Part shown: positions 1 through 10,900 of the stretch, piece after piece
Layout of the letters: each line of letters starts with the position of its first letter
How positions within the stretch are numbered: the stretch's first letter is position 1
From: Schmidtea polychroa
Taxonomy: Eukaryota
DNA length: 64,000 nucleotides
Assembly (NCBI GenBank): GCA_044892525.1
Contig: CM097888.1
Span: forward strand, 72,664,001 to 72,728,000
Reading direction: 5' to 3'
The notes under the pieces: model-generated
Told to the model about the DNA's origin: nothing
What the model saw: only the letters and a program-made list of their open reading frames with translations
The model's database searches: none
Position numbers and translations under genes: made by a program

Positions 1-63
1 GAAAGAAAAATAAAATTATATTTATTTGGATAGGGAAGAGGCTGAAATATGGAAATGTTTATT

Positions 64-447
64 TTAGAAATCTGTTTTCTGTAGTTCATTATTATAAAAT
101 CTACCTAATATTTTTTCATTATTTAAATCAATGATGCTATATGTTATTGGAATTGTATAATGTATTTTATTTATAATAAAAATTTCATTTGTCCATTTTG
201 CTGTGAATCCTTTTTCAAATTTATTTTTATATTTAAATATTCTTACTCGGTCGCCAATTTTAAACTTTGGTTTTTCATTTACCACTTTAACGGTTTCAGG
301 ATTTATAAGTTTTAAAGGATTCAAGGAAACATTTAAAGGTGTTGATTTTATAGAACTATGTACATCATTATTATATTCATTTACAATCTTTTGTAACAAT
401 TCATTGTTCCATTTTTGTTTTCCAATAGCAGTAAAATATTTCCACAT
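64..447 (-). pseudogene. C-terminal part of Polinton-type DDE integrase, cut off by a 1-nt frameshift
   Basis: MWKYFT...W...L..IV..YN...HSSIK.TP and FKIGDRVRI...FEKG....WT.E.F are typical Polinton integrase C-terminal motifs. Removing one T in AAT-T-ATA-ACA (~467) joins it in frame to the upstream ORF as ERLN-ITLKNK-MWKYF. Confidence 0.85.
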
Positions 448-448
448 T

Positions 449-1432
449 TTATTTTTTAATGTTATAATTTAATCTTTCAACTACGACTGCTTTTCCTTCG
501 TTTTCTGTTGAATATAATTTAATATCATTTTCATTTAAAAACTTTGTAAAAACTTTGCTGTAAAATTCTGTTCCTTTATCACACCATAAATATTTTGGAA
601 TTCTTTGATGTTGTTCAAATATGTTTTCAAATGCTTCTGTAATTGAATATCCTGTTTTGGTTTCTAAACATCTTGCAAAAGCAAATCTTGTATATAAATC
701 TATTACAGTTAAAATTATTTCATATTTTTCAGGGTCTGATGATTTGGTTGGCATAAAGACTAAATCAGCAAACCATGTTTGATCTTTTTCATGTACTTGA
801 ACTTTTAAATATTTTTTATTTTTTCTAAATTCATGGTGTAATTCGTTGGCATATTTTATTTGTGATTCTGTTGGGGTTTGTAAATTTGTAGAATCAAAGA
901 GTTGATTCTCAATGTCTGCTTGTTGAATAATCTTTTTGTTGGCAATGTCTTTTGCTGTTCTAGGAAGTCCGGCTCCAATAAAGATCTTACCTTTCATTGC
1001 TAATTTAACTAGAGCTCTTTGAATCTTTTCTTGGGTTGATGGGTTTTCTATATTATTTAAATCATGTATTAAATTAACATCTGCAAGGTGTCTATCTCTA
1101 AGGTCTTCAGAATTGTAAGCAATATCATGTTTTAAAGCTGCTTGATCAATTCTATTTATCGGTTCTTCTCCGGGCTTGGGATTATTATTTTCATCAAGTC
1201 TAATATCTAGACGTGTTCTTGGTCCAGTATAGTTGTGTTTAAATAAATGTCTTTCGCCTGAATATTTTTCAGTAGTAAAGGGTTTTAATATTGAAGATGT
1301 TGTTTTTGAAGATTGTAGGTCTCCACCAGTCGGGGAGCTCCCCAACCTTGTATGTTTTTTAGTTTTGAGATGACTTGCTTTATGATGTTTTCTAACTTGA
1401 CAATTACAAATTTCACATCTCCAATAAGACAT
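449..1432 (-). CDS. Fusion protein: C2H2 (U1/jaz-like spacing) zinc finger + parvovirus-like phospholipase A2 (PLA2X) + rve integrase core
   Basis: The N-terminus has C-x2-C-x11-H-x5-H. HNYTGP...PINRIDQAALKHDIAY...RH.AD...K.KIFIGAGL is a PLA2X domain with the HDxxY motif. ELH...TWFADL, VIDLYTR, WCDKGTEF and VVERLN form the integrase core with a D..D(33)E triad. All three are in one uninterrupted frame. Confidence 0.85.
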   Translation of the reverse strand: MSYWRCEICNCQVRKHHKASHLKTKKHTRLGSSPTGGDLQSSKTTSSILKPFTTEKYSGERHLFKHNYTGPRTRLDIRLDENNNPKPGEEPINRIDQAALKHDIAYNSEDLRDRHLADVNLIHDLNNIENPSTQEKIQRALVKLAMKGKIFIGAGLPRTAKDIANKKIIQQADIENQLFDSTNLQTPTESQIKYANELHHEFRKNKKYLKVQVHEKDQTWFADLVFMPTKSSDPEKYEIILTVIDLYTRFAFARCLETKTGYSITEAFENIFEQHQRIPKYLWCDKGTEFYSKVFTKFLNENDIKLYSTENEGKAVVVERLNYNIKK

Positions 1433-1449
1433 TTTATATAGAGATATTT

Positions 1450-2727
1450 TTAATTTTGTGCATCACCTCTTACATTTTCAATAAATGAAATCTTTCCACC
1501 ATATAATTTCATTTCTATTTTCTTTTCTTCTAATATTAATGTATATACTTTAGCTTTAAAATCAGAATCCTTTGTTATATGAAGTGTAACATCAACATTA
1601 TTTATAGCTAGGCGATCATCTTGATCTGAAACATTTATACAAAATATAGAATATAAATTTTTGAAATCTTCTAAACTTAATTGTGGTTCAACTTTAAAAT
1701 CATAACATGTTTCAATATAATTCAGATATGGGAATATGTTTTCATTATTTTCAATATTAAATTCCATTCTATTTATTGAATAATAAGAACTATTTAATTG
1801 AATTTGTATTGATTTTAAATTATCATTTCCAATCTTTTGAATAAACAAGCTGTTATTTTTTTGGAATGATAAATCTACTTCTTTGAATCCAATAAAGATG
1901 AATCTCGGTCGGTATGCTAAATTTGCAACCTTTATAGAATATGTTGAACCCTCTGTCATACTAAATTCACTACAGACTCTATTTAAATAATTTACATTTA
2001 TAGATTTGTTGGAATTTAATCTTTCAAGGAGTTTGATTTCGGAATGTGGGTTTAATGTCCATTCAGGTATATGTAATTCAAGTGTTGATAATTTTAATTT
2101 AGCTTTTATATCTACACCTCCATAGAATAATACTTTATCAACTATTACTCTATTACAAAGTAATTCTATAAAAACATTATGAAGTATACGGTTATAGTTT
2201 TGAAGGAATCCAAACAAGTGTTTTAATTCAAAATAACCTTCAAATTTTTTAGATTTATAAAGTTTAACTCTTTTATGGTAACCATTATTTATATCTAAAC
2301 CATCTTTATCTAAATCACCTTTATTAACATCGGGAATCCAACCTGTTAATTCTCCATATTCATTTTTATAATCACAACCAGTTAATATAAAATTTAACAT
2401 TGTAGAATATATTCCTGGATGTAAAACAGTTTCAATTTCAGATGATCCTAGTTTTAATCTCATGTTGGAGAATAAATTTGGAAAGAAATTATTTTCTAGG
2501 GTTATATCTTTGTTTGCTTCAATTTCTAATTCAATTTTATAATATAATTTTGCATTACAAATATCTATAGGATTTGATGTTTGAAGAGATTGAAAAACTA
2601 TATCACCTGAACGATTTAAGTTTGCAATAGATCCCGAAGTTGGTGATATTTTTAAAACATCAATTTTTTTAATTTCATGCATAAACTCTTTATTATAATC
2701 AAGATTTAATTTATTTTTATTAGCCAT
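1450..2727 (-). CDS. Polinton/adintovirus-type double-jelly-roll major capsid protein (425 aa)
   Basis: The intact ORF carries NFFPNLFSNMRLKLGSSEIE...PGIYSTM, PRFIFIGF, LKSIQIQLNSSYY and IFCINVS.Q...VDV...AKVYTLIL. These match the pattern of Polinton PY/hexon-like capsids, and the gene is adjacent to an integrase. Confidence 0.75.
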   Translation of the reverse strand: MANKNKLNLDYNKEFMHEIKKIDVLKISPTSGSIANLNRSGDIVFQSLQTSNPIDICNAKLYYKIELEIEANKDITLENNFFPNLFSNMRLKLGSSEIETVLHPGIYSTMLNFILTGCDYKNEYGELTGWIPDVNKGDLDKDGLDINNGYHKRVKLYKSKKFEGYFELKHLFGFLQNYNRILHNVFIELLCNRVIVDKVLFYGGVDIKAKLKLSTLELHIPEWTLNPHSEIKLLERLNSNKSINVNYLNRVCSEFSMTEGSTYSIKVANLAYRPRFIFIGFKEVDLSFQKNNSLFIQKIGNDNLKSIQIQLNSSYYSINRMEFNIENNENIFPYLNYIETCYDFKVEPQLSLEDFKNLYSIFCINVSDQDDRLAINNVDVTLHITKDSDFKAKVYTLILEEKKIEMKLYGGKISFIENVRGDAQN

Positions 2728-2745
2728 TTTTAAATGCTATTAAAT

Positions 2746-2767
2746 TAGCAAACTGCGCAATTTGCTA
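2746..2767. promoter_or_regulatory. 22-bp near-perfect palindrome 18 bp upstream of the capsid start codon
   Basis: TAGCAAACTGCGCAATTTGCTA is self-complementary except for one pair. The regulatory role is inferred from position only. Confidence 0.4.
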
Positions 2768-2791
2768 GTTTTAAATATTTTATGTTTTTCT

Positions 2792-3019
2792 AGTAGTGGG
2801 GGTATGGCCCTCACGGACGCTGACCTTCTTCATGTTTCCCCCTTCAGTGGCTTGGGCCATAGGGTTTTGGGTTCGTGTATTTGAGGGTTTTATGGATGAA
2901 AGATGTAAAAATAAGGGGTTAAAAGATGAAAAAGTTTAGTTTTTTAGGCTGAATTTGAAGGGGCTTGACACTGGAGGACTTGGGGGGGTTGGGTCCGTGA
3001 GGGCCATACCCCCACAACT
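2792..3019. repeat. 27-bp inverted repeat pair (2792-2818 / 2993-3019) enclosing a G-rich spacer; putative element terminus
   Basis: AGTAGTGGGGGTATGGCCCTCACGGAC versus GTCCGTGAGGGCCATACCCCCACAACT: 26/27 match as reverse complement. No flanking target-site duplication was found. Confidence 0.85.
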
Positions 3020-4999
3020 TTGGGTACATTTTATTTTACTTTTGGATTTATTATTTTGGTGTTTATGTTGTTTAGTTGATGTTCGAACGTGTTCTAATTT
3101 GACTCAATTTGGTGTTATGTTTGCGTGCTATGCACCAACACCTTTCCGTCACGATTCAACCACTTCGGCTCAAAATCAGTTCTAGCCCAACATCTTTCTC
3201 TTTTCCATTCGCAACTCTGTAATAACTATTGTTTACCACTAAGTGTCCATCGCATGTGACGTTGGTACTGCATTTATTTGGTGGCCACTAGCAAAGGATG
3301 ATCCCAATTTAAAGACAGTTAATATCCTGACGTGTCCCTGGATTCACGAACATACTATAGAAGGTACAGCGCCCTATCCTTTTCATTGGACCATTTTAAT
3401 ACTGTTGACGATACCTAAATAGCAGATAATATAATAAATAAGTAAATTACCTGGGGGATCGTCATGACAAACGGGACGATCTATGGGAACTCGGAGAAGT
3501 AAGGAAAGTAAAAAGTAATGAAAAATGAGAAAAATAAATCAAATAAAACACAAAACAAACAAGAAATTAAAGAAAAGGCCATTGTTAATTAAGAAGTTAT
3601 TAATTAGTTATTAATTAGTTATTGATTGACTTTAGAGTTCACTTTCCAAGTTTGTTGATAGATTGCTTTAAATTTTCTTTTAGGTTTTAAATATTCGGAT
3701 ATTTGCAAATTTTGTGCTGGTGCTAATTGGGTCATCGTGAGTCACCAGATCATTATGTTCAGTTGCTTACTAAGCACCACTAAGAAATATCATGCAGGAT
3801 TTTATGGTCTAAGTTTAGGTAAAAAATAATAACTTGGCAAAGTCATTTATAAAACAATTTTATGTTACTAAATTTCACATAAAATCGCTCTCAACTTTAT
3901 TTTCGCCTTGGTAATTATAATTATTATATCATCCAAAATTACTCTAAAATTTCTTATTCTTTTTTTATCTAAATAAATATAATTACTACACTTCCAAGAT
4001 CACCCTAAAATTAAAATTGATTTATTGTTTTAATTAGGCTTTATTTTTATTATCAATATTAATCAATTTTATTTTTCAATAATTCATTTATTTGTTTTAA
4101 TCGGAATTTATTTAATTTTCTTTTGGGTCCAATTTTCTGGAATTTTTCGTTTTAAAACAATCTTATTTTCGTATTTCACTATTTTATCTAGATTTTCTGT
4201 TTTCAATTTCCCATTTTTGTTGATATATTTCCTTCTTTCTTATTTCAGATTTATGAAGCGGTCGGCGGGCGTCAAAAGTATATGATTGGGGATCCCTGCT
4301 CTATAATTGTACGAATTTTTATTATGAATTTATAGGTCTGAAAACAATTCATCAAGATATTCAAGCATTCTAAGCTTGTTTCTGAACCATTCAGTTTTTT
4401 AATGTGTTATATTTCAGTGGGCATTTTATTCGAAAACAACTTAAATATATTAAAAATATATTAAATATTAAATATATATTTACTGAAAACTCGAATAATA
4501 TTCTGTACTATTAGTATTATATTATATTCATGTGAAGACTTTACTGGCGGCTCGATAACTGTAAATAAGTTAAAAAGGTCACATCTACCAACTAAAATAA
4601 TATTAAAATTCGCTATTTCATATTTAAAAACGTGATAAAACGGAAAGTTTGGCAAATTTAATAGACTTTATTGACAATTTTTATACTCTATCTTTCCTCA
4701 AATTTGAGGCCCATTGTGAGTTTGCGCAATCAGCTTATTCCTGGAAACATATTTGAATGAAAAAATTGACTATATTTCTTTTTTAATTAGAATTTAAAAA
4801 TTACTTACCATTTAACAAATGCACATCAATACTTTTCCTGTTCCTTTTCCGACTGAATATATTTCTGAGTGATTCTTATTTTTTTAGTTAAAAATTATTT
4901 TGAAATTATTTACTAATTCTCTTTTAAAACAAGCAAAATTACAAATTTTTTTTATAACACAAGATTAACATTTACGTGTCTTAATTATTATTATTATCA

Positions 5000-7900
5000 T
5001 CAACTAGGATTTCTCTCTGGCTCAGTATTATTCTTATCTGGGATTCTATCAGTTTTGTCTCTTGAAAATTTAGATTTTATTATTGACAAATAACCCCGAA
5101 TATTTATTTCCTTGATAAATTTTGTACAATATTCACTCGAAATAGCAAACCCACCAATACCCTCGTATTGCATGCAAGACATCCCTATGACTTTACCATG
5201 CAAATTTACCAATGGTCCGCCTGAGAATCCTGGCTAGATAATTACAGACATCTCCTTAATTAGCCTATATATAATATTAAAGTACTTGTATATAAGCATC
5301 TGTTTGTATATATTTTACATTTTTGTAAGCAAAAAGGCTGCCGTAACGCCCGATTCCAGAAACAACCCCCATCGTAGCATTTATTGTGGAAAAATGGCTC
5401 CCTAGAGCAAGAGCAAACTCACCAACTTTTACTGAACTTTGATTCTCAAATTTCAAAGATTTTAGTTTTAATTTTCCAGAATTTATCTATATATATACTT
5501 GTGACAATCAAAATTATTTATTTTTTGTATTGCTAAATTTAATTTGTTGATATGATTCAAAGTATGCCAAATTTCTCCTACGACTAAATACTTTTCAAAT
5601 CTTGAAATTCTAACGCCTGGTCTTGAATAAGAATAGAAGAAATGAGTAATTATAGTAATTATTAAAATCGAATATAATTAAAAGAAAAAATATTCAGTGA
5701 CAAAATAAATAATAACAATAATAATAAATATGTTGGGTTTTTATTTTTAAAGTCGGTTCTCTATCTGACTCCTCGTTTTCTTATTCAACCAAATAAATCG
5801 AAACCCAACAAAGAATAATTTTATTCAATTTCAAATAAATTACAACTTGTCACTATTTGCACCTTTCGCTCTGGCTTTCTGAACTCCTTATGTTTCGCGG
5901 CTTATGTTTCTGAGCTCTCTTTTTATATTGTTTCTGAGAGGGCAATTATCTAGAGAACTGCAATTAATTATCTCCCGGGAATCCTAGGTAAACATTTGAG
6001 GATTTCCAGATTGTTTTTATTTGTTTATCCTAGATTGGGGCTTGAAATATTCCCTTTCTTATATAATTGCTCGAGTCTCATTGCGCATTGGGATTCCTTC
6101 AGCGCTAGGGTTTCCCATTGACTCAGATCTCCCATTGGCTCGGGCTTTCCATTACAGATTAATTAATTTTAATTGATTTGCTTTTTCGCATTCACTTTCT
6201 CTGTGAACACCTTATTAAATTTTGATTATAATTTCTGAACTCGTCTATCAATATCTCGAACAATTTTTCTTTCGGCAGTAGTTCTGAAACAGTATCCTCT
6301 GTATGTCATTATTTCTTTCTATTGTGATCTCATTCAAAATTATAAAAAACTGAACCTTTAAAACCTTTATTTTTGAAAAATTACAAAATAGACAACCTTT
6401 AAACTCTATGTATATTAACTTCGCTGATGTTTTTGATTTACACAAATTTTGTGAGGCCAAATCAACCAACTTTCCGTGATCGGATTGAACTGAAATTGGG
6501 CAAGTAGATTTGTTGTCGAGAACACTGCACACTATCAAAATTTCAGATCTATCCGATCACGGAAGGTGGGTTGATTTAAAAAATATTGATATGTCAAATC
6601 TATTGTTATTTCTTTATTTCAATATAAATTCTTATCTATTCATTAACTTCGGATTAAAGAAATAACGTAATTATATCTAAAAGATGTTATATAAGTTTAA
6701 ACCATATGTCCATATAGGTACTTAAAGTGCAAAATAGTATGAACAATTTCCTTACGGAGATTTCGAGTTGACATTCTTCAATATTTTGTATGAAATATAT
6801 TGTTCTTGTGTTATAAAAATAAAATTTTGGACTTAATACAGTGTAAAATTGGTGTTCTGTGATTAAAAATTGGAAAGTAAATGTTCTTCTTCGATTGGCT
6901 ATTAAATTATAACTACTTTTAGACGAACCGGACTTTTAGTTATTTGTGGGTAGCAGATAAATACCACTCAAGATTTGACATTTGTTACCTCAAAATTAGG
7001 TGAGTTGAATTTTCCTTTGTATCCGAAGAAATAATAATGAAAATGCAGTTCAGAGAAAGTGCCGACTTGCAAAAGAAAGGAAAAACGACAGCTTAAAAAG
7101 GCGACCAGAGTCATCGTATTGAAATTTTAGTTTTTAGTAAAATTAATAGAATGAAATAAATAGTTTTAAAAACCATGTTTTAAGGTTGGTTTTTTTAACA
7201 AACTAAATCCTAAATCATACAATTCCAAAAACTTCAAAAATAGCTTTAATTTGTTTTAAATCGTTTCTCCCATAACTTTGTAATCCACCTTGGGGTTAAT
7301 TTTAATTATATTGTCTTTTTATTTACAACTTGTCTTGCCTGTCTTTTCTTTTCAAATTCTATCTGCTTTTCCTCATCTACTATTTATGCCCTTTAGTTCA
7401 GGCTGTGTTTCCTTTTATAGTCTGCAATCTAATGGTACTACTCATTTTGACCAATTTAAATTCCATTCTCATGTACATACCCTTCATTCATCTCAAGCTC
7501 TTTTATAATCTATGACACCTGTCGAGATACATAACTTTTAAAAGACGCCATCTTTTGACTTCCCCGGTGATCCTCTTTCTTTATTTCAGACAGACTATTG
7601 AGATATGCTAATTTAATTTCGTTTTGTGTTTTATTTTTCTTTTGTCACCTAGTACGTGTTAATTAAGAATGACCTTGTCGTATTTCATTGTAAAATTTTT
7701 ATTGACTGTTATTTTTCTCTCGTTTTCGATTTCTTTTTCTCGCTTTTTGTTTCTCAGAATTCTGGAACAAGCCGTCCTTCATTTATTACATTTCTCCATG
7801 AGCATTTTATTTATTTAATAATTATTTAATTTTATTATTTAGGTATCCTCAACAAATATATGAAGATGTCAACTAAAATGATGAGCGAAGATAAATAAAT

Positions 7901-10900
7901 TAATAGTTTAATGGCTGCAATGGCTGCATTTACTGACATAACAATTGTATTCATCTTTTCATGTCTGAAATTGAGACAAATTTTGTGATTCTGGTAGACC
8001 AGGCTTGAATAATGTTAAATAACATTATTAGAGATAACATAAAATGTTAGTCTAGCAAATAAACATGTAGGTAATAATCAAAATATTGATTTTTGAATGG
8101 AATATATAAAAGGATTGAAAAAGTAATAGATAAAGCCAAAAGATAATTGCTAGCAATATATGAGAAACGTTGAGAAAGAAATCCTGTAATGTTTATTGTG
8201 GATAATTTTATCCCACTGTTGTATTCTAGTTGAGAAGTAACTCATCGTTTATGTCCAAAGGAAAAAATATTCAGAAAAATACATTGCTCCTTAAAACTAG
8301 ATTTACGAACTGAGCCAATTTAACTCATTTAAAATTCTACATATACAGGTGACCCTCCTATAACACGGTTTCTCTCTAACACGTTCAGGCTTTTTATGGT
8401 AGCGCTCCTATAACACGGTATCCGATTTCGCTCTTACACGTTCAGATTTTTTATAATTTAAAATTTAACCAATTCTGTATACATTTCAAAGAAAAAATAT
8501 AATTAAACAAAAAAACCGAATTTGCTTTATTTTTTTTGGTGCGAAATTACGACGTTCCATCTAGGGGCGTTTCTGTCCAGATAAGTAAATACATTCTATT
8601 AATGGCTAGAAAGTTCACCGTTATTGTTTACGATTACTATTTTTTTAGATTTAATCCCAATATGTCCGGTAAAAATACAAAACCATCGTTGAAGAGAAAA
8701 TTCATTTCTCTAGAACAGTGCTTTCCAACCTTTTCATGCTTATGACACACTTTTTAGACTTCCATCATTTCGCGACACAGCAAATCAGTTTTACCAGAAA
8801 ACCAGACGTCATACAACTTACGCCATATGGTAAACCGTTATACAAGAGACAATGAAACATATTTAAATAGAAATATCGAATTCCAACGATTAACTAATAA
8901 ATAGGGTAAACAAGCGTTCTTGCAGCTAAAACACGACGGACCATATATGTGTATTGTATTTCAGTCTAACAATCGTTAAAAAGTTTATAAAATTAAGGGA
9001 CTCTGTGGCTTTTCATTATGTTCACGCGACACACCGATGCAGCGCTGCCGACACACTAAAGTTTCGCGACACACCGGTTGGAAAGCTCTGCTCTAGAAGA
9101 TAAGATACAAATTTTGGATCGTAATATGAAAGGGGAGAAACCAGCACACATCGCAAAAAACATTAAATTTAAATGAAGCAACAATCCGAACCATTAAAAA
9201 CAATGAGAACAAAATTAGGAGTGCTGTGACTGCAAGATCTTCTATATCTACTATATCTTCTATATCTATATCTCTCAGCATTTGGATTGACGATTGTTGC
9301 CAAAAAAGGATTCCACTGAATGGGCACATTATTAGACAAAAATCTCTTAGGATTTATAAGCACCTTAAGGAAGATGGAAAGTCTTCCATCAGTTCGGACT
9401 TTGTGCCGAGCAAAGGATGGTTTGACAAGTTTAAAAAACGATTTTAAATTCACAGCATTTAAATACAAGGTGAATCCGCATCAGCTGACTACGAAGTTGC
9501 AAGGACGTATCCAGAAAAAAATTTTAAAAATTATAGATGAGAAAGGATACACAGCCGACCAAGTTTTTAATACTGATGAAACTGGGCTACGATGGGAAAA
9601 AATGCCTAATAGAAAAAACGAGAAAAAACAGCACGAGGGTTTAAGGTATCTAAAGAACACATAACTCTACTTTTGGGCAACCATTACTCGTTCATAAATC
9701 ATTAAATCCCCGTGCCCTTAAAAGTGTAAACAAAAACAATTTGCCGGTACATTGAACAGCAAATTCAAAAGCTTGGAATACAGGAGATTTGTTACAAAAT
9801 GGTTTTTAGAGTTCTTTGTGCCAGAAGTAGAAAATTATTTGAAGAAGAATTTGGATTTCAAGATTCTTTTACTAATTGACAATACTCCAGGACATCCACA
9901 AGATTTGAGTCATCCCAGCACTCAAATAGAGTTTCTACCACCAAACACTACGTCACTGATCCAGCCATTGGATCAAGGAATCATTTATACCTTCAAATGT
10001 TATTACATTAGAAGATCATTACAATGGATTTTAGATATAAGTGAATCGAAATCGATTGGCGTCATAGTACCTTGGAAGTAATTCTCAATCAAAAACTGCA
10101 TTGATTTGATATCCTTCTCGCTGAAGGCGTTAATACCGTCTACATTAAATAGAAGCTGGAAAAAAATCTGGCTTTCGTTAGTTGAAATAGGAAACAGTAC
10201 AGAATTGTCAGAAAATGAAATTGATAACATATTAGAAGTTGCAGCATTGATCGGAGGTAAAGGTTTTGAAGATATGACTACACATGATGTTCAAGATTTA
10301 TTTATGAAGAAATTGGTGAAAAGTATTTACTGAAAATGCTTCAGAAGATGTGCATCAAGTCGATTCCGAGGATCACATTAGTGATAAATATTGTGCAATT
10401 AATAATTTAAATCTGCAAAATTACGGGAAGGTCTAAATTTCGCGGAAAATCTAGAATCGTTTTTCGTGAATGCGGATCCATCTGCTGAAAGAAGCCGTAA
10501 GTTCAAAAGAGAACTGCAAAATTGTTTGGCCCCATATCAAGAAATGTTTAACGAGCTATTAAGGAATTGCAAACAATCCAAAATTATAGACTTTTTAAAG
10601 AGGACAGGATTCGAAACGAATGAAAAGGATTCAGAAAAGAGAACAATTGATCCAAACAATGACAAAACTTCGTAAAAGAACATTGAATACGAAAATGATG
10701 AGAAGAATACAGAACAGAGTACAGATGATCCGTATGATTCATTAAGAAGTTCTGAAATATAATTAAATATAAAAATTAAATACTTACGTGAAGTTTGTTT
10801 TGTTTCTAAATCTTACATTTCTAATAAAATTGAAGTTATTTCTATGTACTTTAAAAAATATGTGTATATATTTTAAATTTTGGAACCTAACTTGGAACCT

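Larger units (their letters stand above)
1..3019 (-). mobile_element. Polinton/Maverick-like (adintovirus-like) endogenous viral element, one end; runs off the window start
   Basis: Two tightly packed minus-strand genes (capsid-like, then integrase) separated by 17 bp, both with A-rich start contexts and no introns, unlike the host genes. They are followed by an inverted repeat whose arms end in AGTAGT/AGTTGT. No pPolB, packaging ATPase or cysteine protease is visible inside the window. Confidence 0.8.

Noticed and set aside
446-458. AAA-TAA-A at the integrase break resembles the Euplotes +1 programmed frameshift signal
   Set aside because: The +1 frame already matches the family consensus (..TLKNKMW) several codons before the stop, so the indel lies upstream. 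The host genes use the standard code.
203-472. 89-aa plus-strand ORF
   Set aside because: Antisense shadow of the integrase; the same applies to 29378-29662, 57244-57519, 47750-47968 and 43990-44184 relative to their real genes.
4230-4900. Exon-like stretches with splice-like sites downstream of HtrA2
   Set aside because: I could not chain them into an open, recognisable product, and no PDZ motif was evident.
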